A stretch of DNA of 64,000 nucleotides from Clostridia bacterium (GTDB lineage: Bacteria; Bacillota; Clostridia; Oscillospirales; CAG-272). Location of the stretch: assembly GCA_017461055.1 (NCBI GenBank), contig JAFTZI010000005.1, forward strand, positions 2,557-66,556, given 5' to 3'. Below are positions 20,122 through 29,152 of the stretch, piece by piece; position 1 is the first letter of the stretch, and each line of letters begins with the position of its first letter. The notes under the pieces are model-generated. The model worked only from the letters and a program-made list of their open reading frames with translations, was not told where the DNA came from and did no database searches. The position numbers and the translations under genes are program-made.

Positions 20122-20883
20122 ATGTCAAACGATAATCAATCTTTTTCTCAAGATAATGTGTCATTAATTGTAGATGGCGAAGATTTTTCAAAGCCGGAAT
20201 ATCGCGCAGGCAAAGCTTTTAAAAGCTTTTTTGATGTTTTAGAATCATTTATTTATGCAGTCATTGCTGTGTTGATTATATTTACTTTTTTCGCACGACT
20301 TACTGTAGTTGATGGCCCATCGATGAATAGTACCTTAAATCACGGCGACTACCTAATAGTTACAAATGTGTTCTTTACTTACGAGCCTGACAACGGCGAT
20401 ATCGTTGTTATTCACGGTGACTTTGAAAATTATTACGAAAATAAATATGAAGGTTATAATCACGTTTTGAACTATAACTACTCTGCTCCGATTGTTAAAA
20501 GAGTTATTGCGACAGAGGGACAAAAGGTTACAATAGACTATAAAACCAATGACGTGTTTGTTGACGGTGTTAAATTAGATGAAAGCTATGCACAGTATAT
20601 CGAATATTATCGTACTGCAATCACGCTTGGCGAATACAGATACGACGAAAATGGTGAGGTTATCAAGGACACTAACGGAGACCCTATATATTTTCCTTTA
20701 TTTGACGAAGGCAGCGGTGTTTTTACAGCGACAGTCCCTGAAGGATGTGTGTTTGTTTTAGGTGATAACAGAGACCATTCTGCGGATAGCAGATTAAATG
20801 AAATTGGATTTATCCCAAAAGAATTTATTATTGGAAAGGCAGTTTTCAGACTTGCCCCGTTTTCTAACATGGGTGGTTTGTAA
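20122..20883 (+). CDS. lepB: Signal peptidase I
   Basis: GPSMNSTL (catalytic Ser) and GDNRDHSADSR motifs. Start set at ATG 20122. Confidence 0.88.
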   Translation: MSNDNQSFSQDNVSLIVDGEDFSKPEYRAGKAFKSFFDVLESFIYAVIAVLIIFTFFARLTVVDGPSMNSTLNHGDYLIVTNVFFTYEPDNGDIVVIHGDFENYYENKYEGYNHVLNYNYSAPIVKRVIATEGQKVTIDYKTNDVFVDGVKLDESYAQYIEYYRTAITLGEYRYDENGEVIKDTNGDPIYFPLFDEGSGVFTATVPEGCVFVLGDNRDHSADSRLNEIGFIPKEFIIGKAVFRLAPFSNMGGL

Positions 20884-20894
20884 AAAAGGTTATT

Positions 20895-21767
20895 ATGCAA
20901 TCTGATGTTATACAGTGGTTTCCGGGACATATGGCGAAGACTCGTCGTCTAATATCCGAAAACCTTAAAGAAGTTGATATTGTTATTGAAATTCTTGATG
21001 CAAGAATTCCATATAGCTCAAAAAATCCTGAAATTACCAAATTGATCGGCGAAAAGCCATCTTTAATTATTCTGAACAAAGCCTCTCTCGCTAACAAATC
21101 CTCTACTAAAAAGTGGATTGAGTATTACTCAAAAATCGGAAAAAGGGCTATAGCTATTGACTGCATCAGCGGCGAAGGCTTTAATCTTCTCGCACCCACT
21201 ATTAGAGATATTCTATCATTGAAGCTTCAAAGATACGAAGAAAAAGGTATGCAGGGCAGAAAACTAAAGGCAATGTTCGTAGGTATACCGAATGTGGGAA
21301 AATCATCATTAATTAACAAGCTTTGCGGCTCCAAAAAAGCTAAGGTTGAAAACCGTCCCGGTGTAACATTAAACAAGCAATGGATACCAACAAGCATAGG
21401 ACTTGATTTAATGGATATGCCAGGGGTTCTTTGGCCAAAATTTGAAGAAAAAACAGTTGGTGAAAATTTGGCAATTACAGGTGCCATTAAGGATGCAATT
21501 TTAGATACGGAATATATTTCTGTTGTTCTCTGCTCTCGACTTAAAGTAATCGCTCCTGAGCTTCTTATGACTCGTTATAAAATTACAAAGGAAGAGCTTG
21601 ACAATTGTGAAATGGACTATGAGATTTTTGAGCTTATTGGCAGAAAACGTGGATTTTTGATTTCCGGCGGTGAAATAAATACGGAAAGAACCGCTGCAAC
21701 GTTACTTGAAGAGTTCAGAAGTGCAAAAATCGGTTGTGTTACTTTAGAGTTACCCGAAACAGTTTAA
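20895..21767 (+). CDS. rbgA: Ribosome biogenesis GTPase A (YlqF/RbgA), circularly permuted GTPase
   Basis: LDARIP and ILNKASL precede GIPNVGKSSLIN. Confidence 0.9.
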   Translation: MQSDVIQWFPGHMAKTRRLISENLKEVDIVIEILDARIPYSSKNPEITKLIGEKPSLIILNKASLANKSSTKKWIEYYSKIGKRAIAIDCISGEGFNLLAPTIRDILSLKLQRYEEKGMQGRKLKAMFVGIPNVGKSSLINKLCGSKKAKVENRPGVTLNKQWIPTSIGLDLMDMPGVLWPKFEEKTVGENLAITGAIKDAILDTEYISVVLCSRLKVIAPELLMTRYKITKEELDNCEMDYEIFELIGRKRGFLISGGEINTERTAATLLEEFRSAKIGCVTLELPETV

Positions 21768-21778
21768 AAGAGGTTTTT

Positions 21779-22381
21779 ATGTTAGATTATTCATTTGACC
21801 TGTCTAAAAAAGATGAAAATACAAAAATCGTCTGTGGCGTTGATGAAGCCGGGCGCGGTCCTTTAGCCGGCCCCGTTGTTGCTGCTGCTTGCGTATTACC
21901 GGATGGCGTTATCATTGAAGGGCTTAATGATTCAAAAAAACTATCTGAGAAAAAGCGAGAAAAGCTTTTTGATGAAATAATCGAGATAGCTATTGATTAT
22001 TCAATCGGCTTTGCCACTATTGAAGAAATTGAGGAAATTAATATTTTAAACGCAGCTATGCTCGCTATGAACAGGGCAATAGATGGCTTGAAAACCAAGC
22101 CTGATTTAGCCTTAATTGACGGTAATACTGCAAGAGGATTTACCATAAACACTTTAACGGTAGTAGGCGGAGATGCTATTTCTCCTTCCATTGCTGCCGC
22201 TTCCATTCTTGCAAAGGTTACACGTGATAGAATGTGCTATGAATTTGACAAGGAATATCCTGAATACGGATTCGCAAAGCACAAGGGGTATGGCACAAAG
22301 GTACATATTGATGCTATTAAAGCATACGGTGTTACTCCCATTCACCGCCCAAGCTTCTTAAAGTTTTTGAAAAATGACTGA
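21779..22381 (+). CDS. rnhB: Ribonuclease HII
   Basis: GVDEAGRGPLAGPVV motif. Start set at ATG 21779. Confidence 0.92.
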   Translation: MLDYSFDLSKKDENTKIVCGVDEAGRGPLAGPVVAAACVLPDGVIIEGLNDSKKLSEKKREKLFDEIIEIAIDYSIGFATIEEIEEINILNAAMLAMNRAIDGLKTKPDLALIDGNTARGFTINTLTVVGGDAISPSIAAASILAKVTRDRMCYEFDKEYPEYGFAKHKGYGTKVHIDAIKAYGVTPIHRPSFLKFLKND

Positions 22382-22769
22382 GCTTACTAACTATGATATT
22401 GGCAGATTTGGCGAAGCCTACTGCGCTAAATATTTGAAAAAATCCAAAAAACTAAAGATTATTGGTCGAAATGTAACAATAGGTAAGCTTGAGGTCGACA
22501 TTATTGCTGCTAATTCTACGCATATCATTTTTGTTGAAGTGAAAACACGCAGACAAGATAAAAATAATTTTTTCAGGCCTGCTGACGCTGTGGACAAGAA
22601 TAAAAGAACAAATTTAATTAATTTTGCATATATTTATTGTAAATCCTTGCCTAAAAAGCACCAAGGAAAAATCCCTCGCATAGACGTATGCGAGATTTTG
22701 GTGGCAATGGATAAAAAGCTAAAGGTCTGCGAAATTAACTATATTGAAAACGCAGTTACCAAGAATTAA
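22374..22769 (+). CDS. YraN-family (UPF0102) PD-(D/E)xK endonuclease-like protein
   Basis: GEAYCAKYL...EVDIIA...FVEVKTR pattern. Conserved position after rnhB. Confidence 0.8.
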   Translation: MTELTNYDIGRFGEAYCAKYLKKSKKLKIIGRNVTIGKLEVDIIAANSTHIIFVEVKTRRQDKNNFFRPADAVDKNKRTNLINFAYIYCKSLPKKHQGKIPRIDVCEILVAMDKKLKVCEINYIENAVTKN

Positions 22770-23671
22770 TGATACCGTTATTTGACTTGCATTGCGATAC
22801 TTTTTCAGAAATATTTAAAAATAACTACCGTTTACATGACGCTCCACTACACGTTTCGTTGAAAAAAGCCCAAGGCTTTTCCCCCTATATTCAGGTCTGT
22901 GCTATTTGGAGCGATTATCATTTAAGTAATGACGAAGCATATGAACACTATAAGAAAACCTTAAGTTATATCAAAAACCAAAACATAACTTTATGCAAAA
23001 ATTATCACGAATTTTCTAAGCTTTCCTTTATTCTTGCAATAGAAGATGCTCGTATTTTAAACAATCAATTACAACGCTTAGACGCTTTATACGATAATGA
23101 TGTTCGAGTTATTACCCTAAATTGGAGTGGAGTTACCTGTATAGGTGGCGGATGGGATACTAACGTAGGACTGACTGCTTTTGGTACTTCTGTGATCAAA
23201 GGATGTGCTGAAAAAGGGATAATTGTAGATCTTTCTCACTCATCTGCAAAAACCCAAGAAGAAACATTAAACTTAGCTCAAGAGCTAAAAGTCTCCCCTA
23301 TTTTTTCTCATTCTAATTCTTACTCAATTTGCAAACACGGCAGAAACATTAGTGACGATATTTTTAAAAAGATTGTCAGTCAAGATGGACTTGTCGGCAT
23401 TTCTCTTTACCCGCTGCACTTAAACATTCACGGTAATGCTAACACGGAGTCTATTATATCGCATATTGAGCATTTTTTGAATTTGGGCGGTGCAAAAAAC
23501 ATTTGTCTTGGATGTGACTTTGATGGGATCACTTCTCTACCATACGGAATTACATCCATCTCTAGTTTAGCTTCGCTATATATTTTGATTGAAAAGAAAT
23601 TTTCCGAACAAATAGCAAAAAGAATATTTTTTTATAATGCCTATGAATTTTTTAGTAAAAATTTAAAATGA
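22769..23671 (+). CDS. Membrane-dipeptidase (M19)-like metallohydrolase
   Basis: FDLHCDT N-terminus, VDLSHSS, and later HSN and GCDFDG motifs. Confidence 0.6.
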   Translation: MIPLFDLHCDTFSEIFKNNYRLHDAPLHVSLKKAQGFSPYIQVCAIWSDYHLSNDEAYEHYKKTLSYIKNQNITLCKNYHEFSKLSFILAIEDARILNNQLQRLDALYDNDVRVITLNWSGVTCIGGGWDTNVGLTAFGTSVIKGCAEKGIIVDLSHSSAKTQEETLNLAQELKVSPIFSHSNSYSICKHGRNISDDIFKKIVSQDGLVGISLYPLHLNIHGNANTESIISHIEHFLNLGGAKNICLGCDFDGITSLPYGITSISSLASLYILIEKKFSEQIAKRIFFYNAYEFFSKNLK

Positions 23672-23683
23672 AAGGAGTTAACT

Positions 23684-24412
23684 ATGTCTATTTTTGCAAT
23701 GGCAGACCTGCATCTGTCAAGCTCTGTGAACAAGCCAATGGATATATTCGGTGTCAGATGGACCGATTATATGGAAAAAATTAAAAAAAATTGGTCTTCC
23801 ATTGTAACAGATGAAGACACAGTTATCGTCCCCGGTGATATCACATGGGCAATCGACTATAAAGAGGCTTTTGAAGATTTTAAATTTATTGAAAGCTTGC
23901 CCGGTAAAAAGCTATTAGGCAAAGGAAACCACGATTATTGGTGGGGTACACTTACCAAAAATCGGAATTTTATAAACGGATGTGGCTTTAAAACAATTGA
24001 TTTTTTATACAACAACGCATACAAAGTTGAAGACTATATTGTATGTGGTACTCGTGGATGGTACGTTGACGAAAAGCTTCAAAATGGCAATTCTAAGGAC
24101 GTAGAATATGAAAAAATTGTATTAAGAGAGGCACAAAGACTTAAAATGAGTTTGAATGAAGCAATTAAATTGCGCCTTGATAATGAACAAATTTTAGTAT
24201 TCTTTCACTTTCCCCCTGTATTTAATACATTTGTTTGCGATGAAATAATCGACATATTATTAGAATACGATATTAAAAACTGTTATTTCGGACACATTCA
24301 CGGCACATACAATATACCAAGAAATATTTCATATAAAGGGATCAATTTTTCTATTATTTCTTCTGATTATTGCAATTTTGTCCCTATGATAATAATGCCC
24401 AACGAGTATTAA
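23684..24412 (+). CDS. Calcineurin-like metallophosphoesterase
   Basis: ADLHLS, GDITW, GNHDYWW and GHIHG motifs. Confidence 0.75.
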   Translation: MSIFAMADLHLSSSVNKPMDIFGVRWTDYMEKIKKNWSSIVTDEDTVIVPGDITWAIDYKEAFEDFKFIESLPGKKLLGKGNHDYWWGTLTKNRNFINGCGFKTIDFLYNNAYKVEDYIVCGTRGWYVDEKLQNGNSKDVEYEKIVLREAQRLKMSLNEAIKLRLDNEQILVFFHFPPVFNTFVCDEIIDILLEYDIKNCYFGHIHGTYNIPRNISYKGINFSIISSDYCNFVPMIIMPNEY

Positions 24413-24446
24413 TTTTTATTTAAATTAAATTATTTTCATTTTGATA

Positions 24447-24475
24447 TTGACATTTTTGATTTTATTATATATAAT
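24447..24475 (+). promoter_or_regulatory. Sigma-A-type promoter of tig
   Basis: TTGACA (24447-24452), 17-nt spacer, TATAAT (24470-24475). Confidence 0.55.
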
Positions 24476-24519
24476 ATTATGGAATAAAAAAATAACCAAG
24501 ATTTTTGGAGGAATTTGAA

Positions 24520-25800
24520 ATGGCTTTAAAAAGCACAAATAAGATTGAAACCAATCTTTATGAAATTGAATTCGACGTTGACAAGGCAACCTTTGATGCT
24601 GCTGTTGAAAAGGTTTACCGCAAAGAGGTAAAAAAGATTTCTATTCCCGGCTTCAGAAAAGGTAAGGCTCCTCGTTCAATCATCGAAAAAATGTATGGCA
24701 AGGGTGTATTTTACGAAGATGCAATCAACGAGATTATACCCAATGCATATGAAGAAGCTATGAAGGACACAGAGTTAAAGGTTGTTAGCCGTCCTGAGTT
24801 TGACGTTGTAACAATTGATGATAATGGTGTTGTTCTAAAAGCTAAGTTCTATGTAAAGCCTGATGTTACCCTAAAAGCATATAAGGGCATTGAGGTTACA
24901 AAGGAGCTTAAGGCTGTTACAGAGGACGATATTAACGAGGTTATCAATTCTGACCTCTCCCGTCAATCAAAGACAGTTGATGTTGAAGGCAGAGCTGTAG
25001 AAAACGGCGATATAGCTGTTATTGATTATGAGGGCTTCGCTGATGGAGTAGCTTTCGAAGGCGGTAAGGCTGAAAAGCACAATTTAACTATCGGTTCCGG
25101 CAACTTTATTCCCGGCTTTGAAGAACAGATTATTGGTCATAATGCAGGTGAAGAATTTGATATTAATGTTAAATTCCCGGAAGAATATCATTCCGCTGAT
25201 TTAGCCGGCAAGGATGCAATATTCAAGATAGTTCTCCACTCTATCAAAAAGACTGAGTTACCAGCACTTGATGATGAGTTTGCTAAGGATATGGGATTTG
25301 ACAATCTTGATGCATATAAGAACGATGTTAAGGCAAAAATCGAATCAAAGAATGAAAAGGCTGCGGACAACTCAGTTGAAGAGCAAATCATAAATGCTCT
25401 TATAGAAAATCTTGAGGCTGAAATTCCAAATGCAATGTTTGAAAGCGAAACCGAGAACTTCGTTCGTGACTATGATTCAAGACTTCGTATGCAAGGCTTA
25501 GATCTCAACACATTCTTAAAATATACAGGTCAAACTCTCGACGGCATCCGCGAACAGTTTAAGCCAATGGCTGAAAGACAGGTTAAAACACGTCTTGCCC
25601 TTGAGAAAATTGTTGAGCTTGAAGGCATCGCTGCTACTGACGAGGAGGCTGAAGCTGAATATGAAAATCTCGCTAAGGCTTATGGCATGACCGCAGATGA
25701 TGTTAAGAGCTACGTTGAAATTGATGCAATCAAGACAGATCTTTGCGTTAAGAAGGCTGTTGATTTCGTTAAGGAAAACGCTTCAATTACTACAAAATAA
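24520..25800 (+). CDS. tig: Trigger factor
   Basis: GFRKGKAP ribosome-binding signature. FKBP-like middle region. tig-clpP-clpX synteny. ATG 24520 follows GGAGG. Confidence 0.93.
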   Translation: MALKSTNKIETNLYEIEFDVDKATFDAAVEKVYRKEVKKISIPGFRKGKAPRSIIEKMYGKGVFYEDAINEIIPNAYEEAMKDTELKVVSRPEFDVVTIDDNGVVLKAKFYVKPDVTLKAYKGIEVTKELKAVTEDDINEVINSDLSRQSKTVDVEGRAVENGDIAVIDYEGFADGVAFEGGKAEKHNLTIGSGNFIPGFEEQIIGHNAGEEFDINVKFPEEYHSADLAGKDAIFKIVLHSIKKTELPALDDEFAKDMGFDNLDAYKNDVKAKIESKNEKAADNSVEEQIINALIENLEAEIPNAMFESETENFVRDYDSRLRMQGLDLNTFLKYTGQTLDGIREQFKPMAERQVKTRLALEKIVELEGIAATDEEAEAEYENLAKAYGMTADDVKSYVEIDAIKTDLCVKKAVDFVKENASITTK

Positions 25801-25857
25801 TTATTACTTAATTACATTTTGTAATGCACGTATAATTTACGTTAACATATTCTCTTT

Positions 25858-25888
25858 TACCGCTGCTTACAAACGCAGCGGTAATTTG
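25858..25888 (+). terminator. Hairpin after tig
   Basis: TACCGCTGC (25858-25866) and GCAGCGGTA (25875-25883). Weak U-tail. Confidence 0.45.
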
Positions 25889-25946
25889 AATTAAGCTTAA
25901 TTTGACAAAATTCGCTAAAATATTTAATATTAGGAGGATAAATATT

Positions 25947-26531
25947 ATGGCATTAGTACCAGTTGTTGTAGAACAAACAAATAGGGGGGAGCGCTCCTTT
26001 GATATCTATTCAAGACTTTTAGAGGATAGAATAGTTTTTCTTTGTGATGAGGTCAATGATACAACTGCTTCTTTAGTAGTTGCACAGCTTCTTTTCTTAG
26101 AGGCTAAGGACCCTGATAAAGATATTAATTTATATATAAATAGTCCGGGTGGAAGTGTAAGCGCCGGTTTGGCGATTTATGATACAATGAATTTCATCAA
26201 ATGCGATGTTTCTACCACTTGTATCGGTATGGCTGCAAGCATGGGAGCTTTTCTTCTCTCCAGCGGAGCTAAAGGAAAAAGGTTTGCTCTTCCTAATAGC
26301 GAGATTATGATTCACCAGCCACTTGGTGGAGCCAAGGGTCAAGCAAGCGATATAAAAATTCACGCTGAGCACATTTTAAAAACAAGAGACAAGCTCAATA
26401 AAATTCTTGCTTCTAATACCGGAAAGCCATTAGATGTTATTGAGAAGGATACCGAGCGTGACAATTTTATGAGCGCTGATGTTGCTTGCGAATACGGTTT
26501 AATCGACAAAGTAATTGATAAGAGAGCTTAA
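25947..26531 (+). CDS. clpP: ATP-dependent Clp protease proteolytic subunit
   Basis: [11 protein letters not shown] and [11 protein letters not shown] (catalytic Ser). ATG 25947 follows AGGAGG. Confidence 0.95.
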   Translation: MALVPVVVEQTNRGERSFDIYSRLLEDRIVFLCDEVNDTTASLVVAQLLFLEAKDPDKDINLYINSPGGSVSAGLAIYDTMNFIKCDVSTTCIGMAASMGAFLLSSGAKGKRFALPNSEIMIHQPLGGAKGQASDIKIHAEHILKTRDKLNKILASNTGKPLDVIEKDTERDNFMSADVACEYGLIDKVIDKRA

Positions 26532-26536
26532 ATACA

Positions 26537-27805
26537 ATGGAAAATAATACTAAATGCTCATTTTGTGGGCGAGGCGAAGGCGATGTTGAATTTTTAGTGC
26601 CCTCACCGGATGGGAAGGCATATATTTGCCCTATGTGCATAGAGCTTAGCTCTCAAATAATTGATGAATATGATGAGGAAGCGCGTCTTGCTGCTTCTGA
26701 TGCCGCAAGTGACAAATTAACATTAAATTCAATTCCAACACCTAAAGAAATCAAAGAAATGCTCGATCTATACGTAATTGGTCAAGATAAAGCTAAAGTT
26801 GCACTTAGCGTAGCGGTGTATAATCACTATAAACGCTTAATCTACAACGAAAGCATCAAGGATGGCGCCAGTGACGTAGAAATTCAAAAAAGTAACATTC
26901 TTTTGATTGGCCCTACCGGTGTAGGTAAAACATATTTAGCACAAAATCTTGCAAAAGCGCTTAAAGTGCCTTTTGCAATTGCGGATGCTACTACTCTTAC
27001 CGAAGCCGGATACGTTGGTGAGGATGTTGAAAATATTCTTTTGAGATTAATCCAAGCTGCCGATTTTGACATTAGTAAAGCGGAACGCGGAATCATTTAC
27101 ATTGATGAAATTGACAAAATATCACGTAAAAGCGAAAATCGCTCAATAACTCGAGATGTTTCTGGCGAAGGAGTGCAACAGGCACTGCTCAAGATCCTCG
27201 AAGGAACGGTGGCTAATGTTCCCCCTCAAGGCGGCAGAAAGCACCCGAATCAAGAGTTTATTCAAATTAACACCAAGGACATTCTATTTATTTGCGGCGG
27301 TGCTTTTGATGGATTACAAAGCATCATCGAGGGCAGAAAAGGCAAACAGCTTATGGGCTTTGGCGGTGAGGTTAAGAGCAAGCTCGGTATTAACAACACA
27401 AAGATCTTCGAAGATGTATGCGCTCACGATATAGTTAAATATGGATTGATTCCGGAGTTAGTTGGTCGTTTACCTGTAATTGTTGGTCTGGATGATTTAG
27501 ACGAGGACGCGCTCGTTAAAATCCTGTCATTGCCTAAGAACTCTATTGAAAAGCAGTATAAAAAGCTTTTCGAAATAGATAACGTCGAGTTAGAATTCAC
27601 CCCAGATGCTTTAATTGCTGTGGCTAAAAAAGCCATTGAACGTACAACCGGAGCTCGTGGCTTGCGCTCAATTATGGAAGAAACGATGACGAATATCATG
27701 TTTGAGTTGCCGTCAAATAAAAATATTAAAAAAGTCATTATTCACGATAAATGCATTACTAACAACGAAAGTCCTTCCTTAGTGTACGTTGACTCAGCAG
27801 AATAA
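26537..27805 (+). CDS. clpX: ATP-dependent Clp protease ATP-binding subunit ClpX
   Basis: N-terminal zinc ribbon CSFCG...CPMC, Walker [18 protein letters not shown]. Confidence 0.95.
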   Translation: MENNTKCSFCGRGEGDVEFLVPSPDGKAYICPMCIELSSQIIDEYDEEARLAASDAASDKLTLNSIPTPKEIKEMLDLYVIGQDKAKVALSVAVYNHYKRLIYNESIKDGASDVEIQKSNILLIGPTGVGKTYLAQNLAKALKVPFAIADATTLTEAGYVGEDVENILLRLIQAADFDISKAERGIIYIDEIDKISRKSENRSITRDVSGEGVQQALLKILEGTVANVPPQGGRKHPNQEFIQINTKDILFICGGAFDGLQSIIEGRKGKQLMGFGGEVKSKLGINNTKIFEDVCAHDIVKYGLIPELVGRLPVIVGLDDLDEDALVKILSLPKNSIEKQYKKLFEIDNVELEFTPDALIAVAKKAIERTTGARGLRSIMEETMTNIMFELPSNKNIKKVIIHDKCITNNESPSLVYVDSAE

Positions 27806-27812
27806 CATACTA

Positions 27813-27844
27813 AAGCCGAAAGACACATAGTTCTTTCGGCTTTA
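27813..27844 (+). terminator. clpX rho-independent terminator
   Basis: AAGCCGAAAG (27813-27822) and CTTTCGGCTT (27833-27842), followed by T-rich sequence. Confidence 0.65.
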
Positions 27845-27853
27845 AACGTAAAA

Positions 27854-28000
27854 TAAGGGGCTGACACATAGCATTAACAAATTGTGAACACTATGTGCAA
27901 TAATAACAAAAAATCAAGGTTTTCCAAAGGAAACGCCTTGATTTTTTGTTGACTTTGTATAGGTAACGACCACAAAAAACTAATTTGTGTCAGCACCTTA
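27854..28000. repeat. 147-bp unit bounded by 15-bp inverted repeats
   Basis: TAAGGGGCTGACACA (27854-27868) against TGTGTCAGCACCTTA (27986-28000), complementary at 14 of 15 positions. Confidence 0.55.
27908..27947. terminator. Bidirectional terminator, 3' end of the McrBC-like operon
   Basis: ATCAAGG (27913-27919) and CCTTGAT (27936-27942) with inner TTTCC/GGAAA pairing. A6 on the left, T6 on the right. Confidence 0.6.
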
Positions 28001-28006
28001 TTAATT

Positions 28007-29140
28007 TTATAAAGCTTTTATCAACTTTGCAATTTGTTCATCTACATCCTTATAACCAATGTTCAAAACACCATCTAAAACATTAGTTTCAGCAGAAAGA
28101 TATGCAACATAAATTTTTGAGAATGCGTTCTGTGAATCATATTTTACAATACGCTCAGAGTAATCAGAATTAATTTCCTTAGCATTTTTCAGCATAGATT
28201 TAGAGAAATCGATGTGTACACAGTTATTTGAAGAACTCAAGTTTACACCGTTTGCTGTTGGTTTAATTTCAATCCTTTTTTCACCATCAAATATTACACT
28301 TTCAATAAAGAACTTACCAGTTACAGCAATATGTAGGTTGGAATCTAAAACAGAATAACCCAACTTGTAAATGTTATACAATAACTTAATTAAAGCAAAA
28401 TTATGATATAAAACGCGAAAATCACTTGTTACGTTTTTACTGAATTTTTGTTTCTTTGTTAATTTACCAAAAAACTTATAACAATAATTATATCTCTTAT
28501 CAGATGCTAAAGTATCAGTAACAAATATATTTGTTAAATCAATTACACGACTGCTATTTTCAGAAAAAATTCTTTCCTTAGAGAGTCTTTCAAGCTTCTT
28601 TATGTATGAACACAATGTATCATAGAAACTACTCTGCTCGTCATTAAGTTGACTTGAAATATCCTTCGAAAAATCAATACCAAAGGAACGAAGTGATGTT
28701 AACTTAATTGAACTCAAACGTGCGATAAGTAATTTAATAAATTGATATATGAAAGCATTTTCATAGTTAATGAAAACATCCTCACTTACAACCGAATATG
28801 CATTTTTGGGGGTTACTTTTCCGTCATTTAATGACCACAAAGCAGCATCTTCAATTGTCAACTTTACTGAATCCTTGTTAGCGTTTTTTGCTTGTGAAGC
28901 AGGCATTATCTCCTGTCTTCCCTCAACGACAACGTAAGGATTGGAAATGATTTTTTTAATAACAAAAATACACTTTCCAACTTCTTCAAGAAAGTCTTCC
29001 ACAGCAAAATCCGTCGGACTCAATTTAAGAGAACCATTATCAATGTTTTCAAAAACAGATACTATTGATGAGTTGTTGGAAATGATATTCCTTAGCTCAT
29101 TATTAAACTCATAGAGAAAATCTCTCTTGATATCTGTCAT
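28007..29140 (-). CDS. McrC/DUF2357-like partner protein with a possible degenerate PD-(D/E)xK core
   Basis: 377 aa. GGGAGG RBS, start 12 nt after the upstream stop. Landmarks INYENAFIYQFIKLL (124-138), RYNYCYKFF (216-224), LYHNFALIKLLY (244-255), FFIESVIFDGEKRIEIKP (277-294). These occur in the same order as the McrC landmarks I recall. Confidence 0.5.
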   Translation of the reverse strand: MTDIKRDFLYEFNNELRNIISNNSSIVSVFENIDNGSLKLSPTDFAVEDFLEEVGKCIFVIKKIISNPYVVVEGRQEIMPASQAKNANKDSVKLTIEDAALWSLNDGKVTPKNAYSVVSEDVFINYENAFIYQFIKLLIARLSSIKLTSLRSFGIDFSKDISSQLNDEQSSFYDTLCSYIKKLERLSKERIFSENSSRVIDLTNIFVTDTLASDKRYNYCYKFFGKLTKKQKFSKNVTSDFRVLYHNFALIKLLYNIYKLGYSVLDSNLHIAVTGKFFIESVIFDGEKRIEIKPTANGVNLSSSNNCVHIDFSKSMLKNAKEINSDYSERIVKYDSQNAFSKIYVAYLSAETNVLDGVLNIGYKDVDEQIAKLIKAL

Positions 29141-29152
29141 GAAAGCCTCCCA

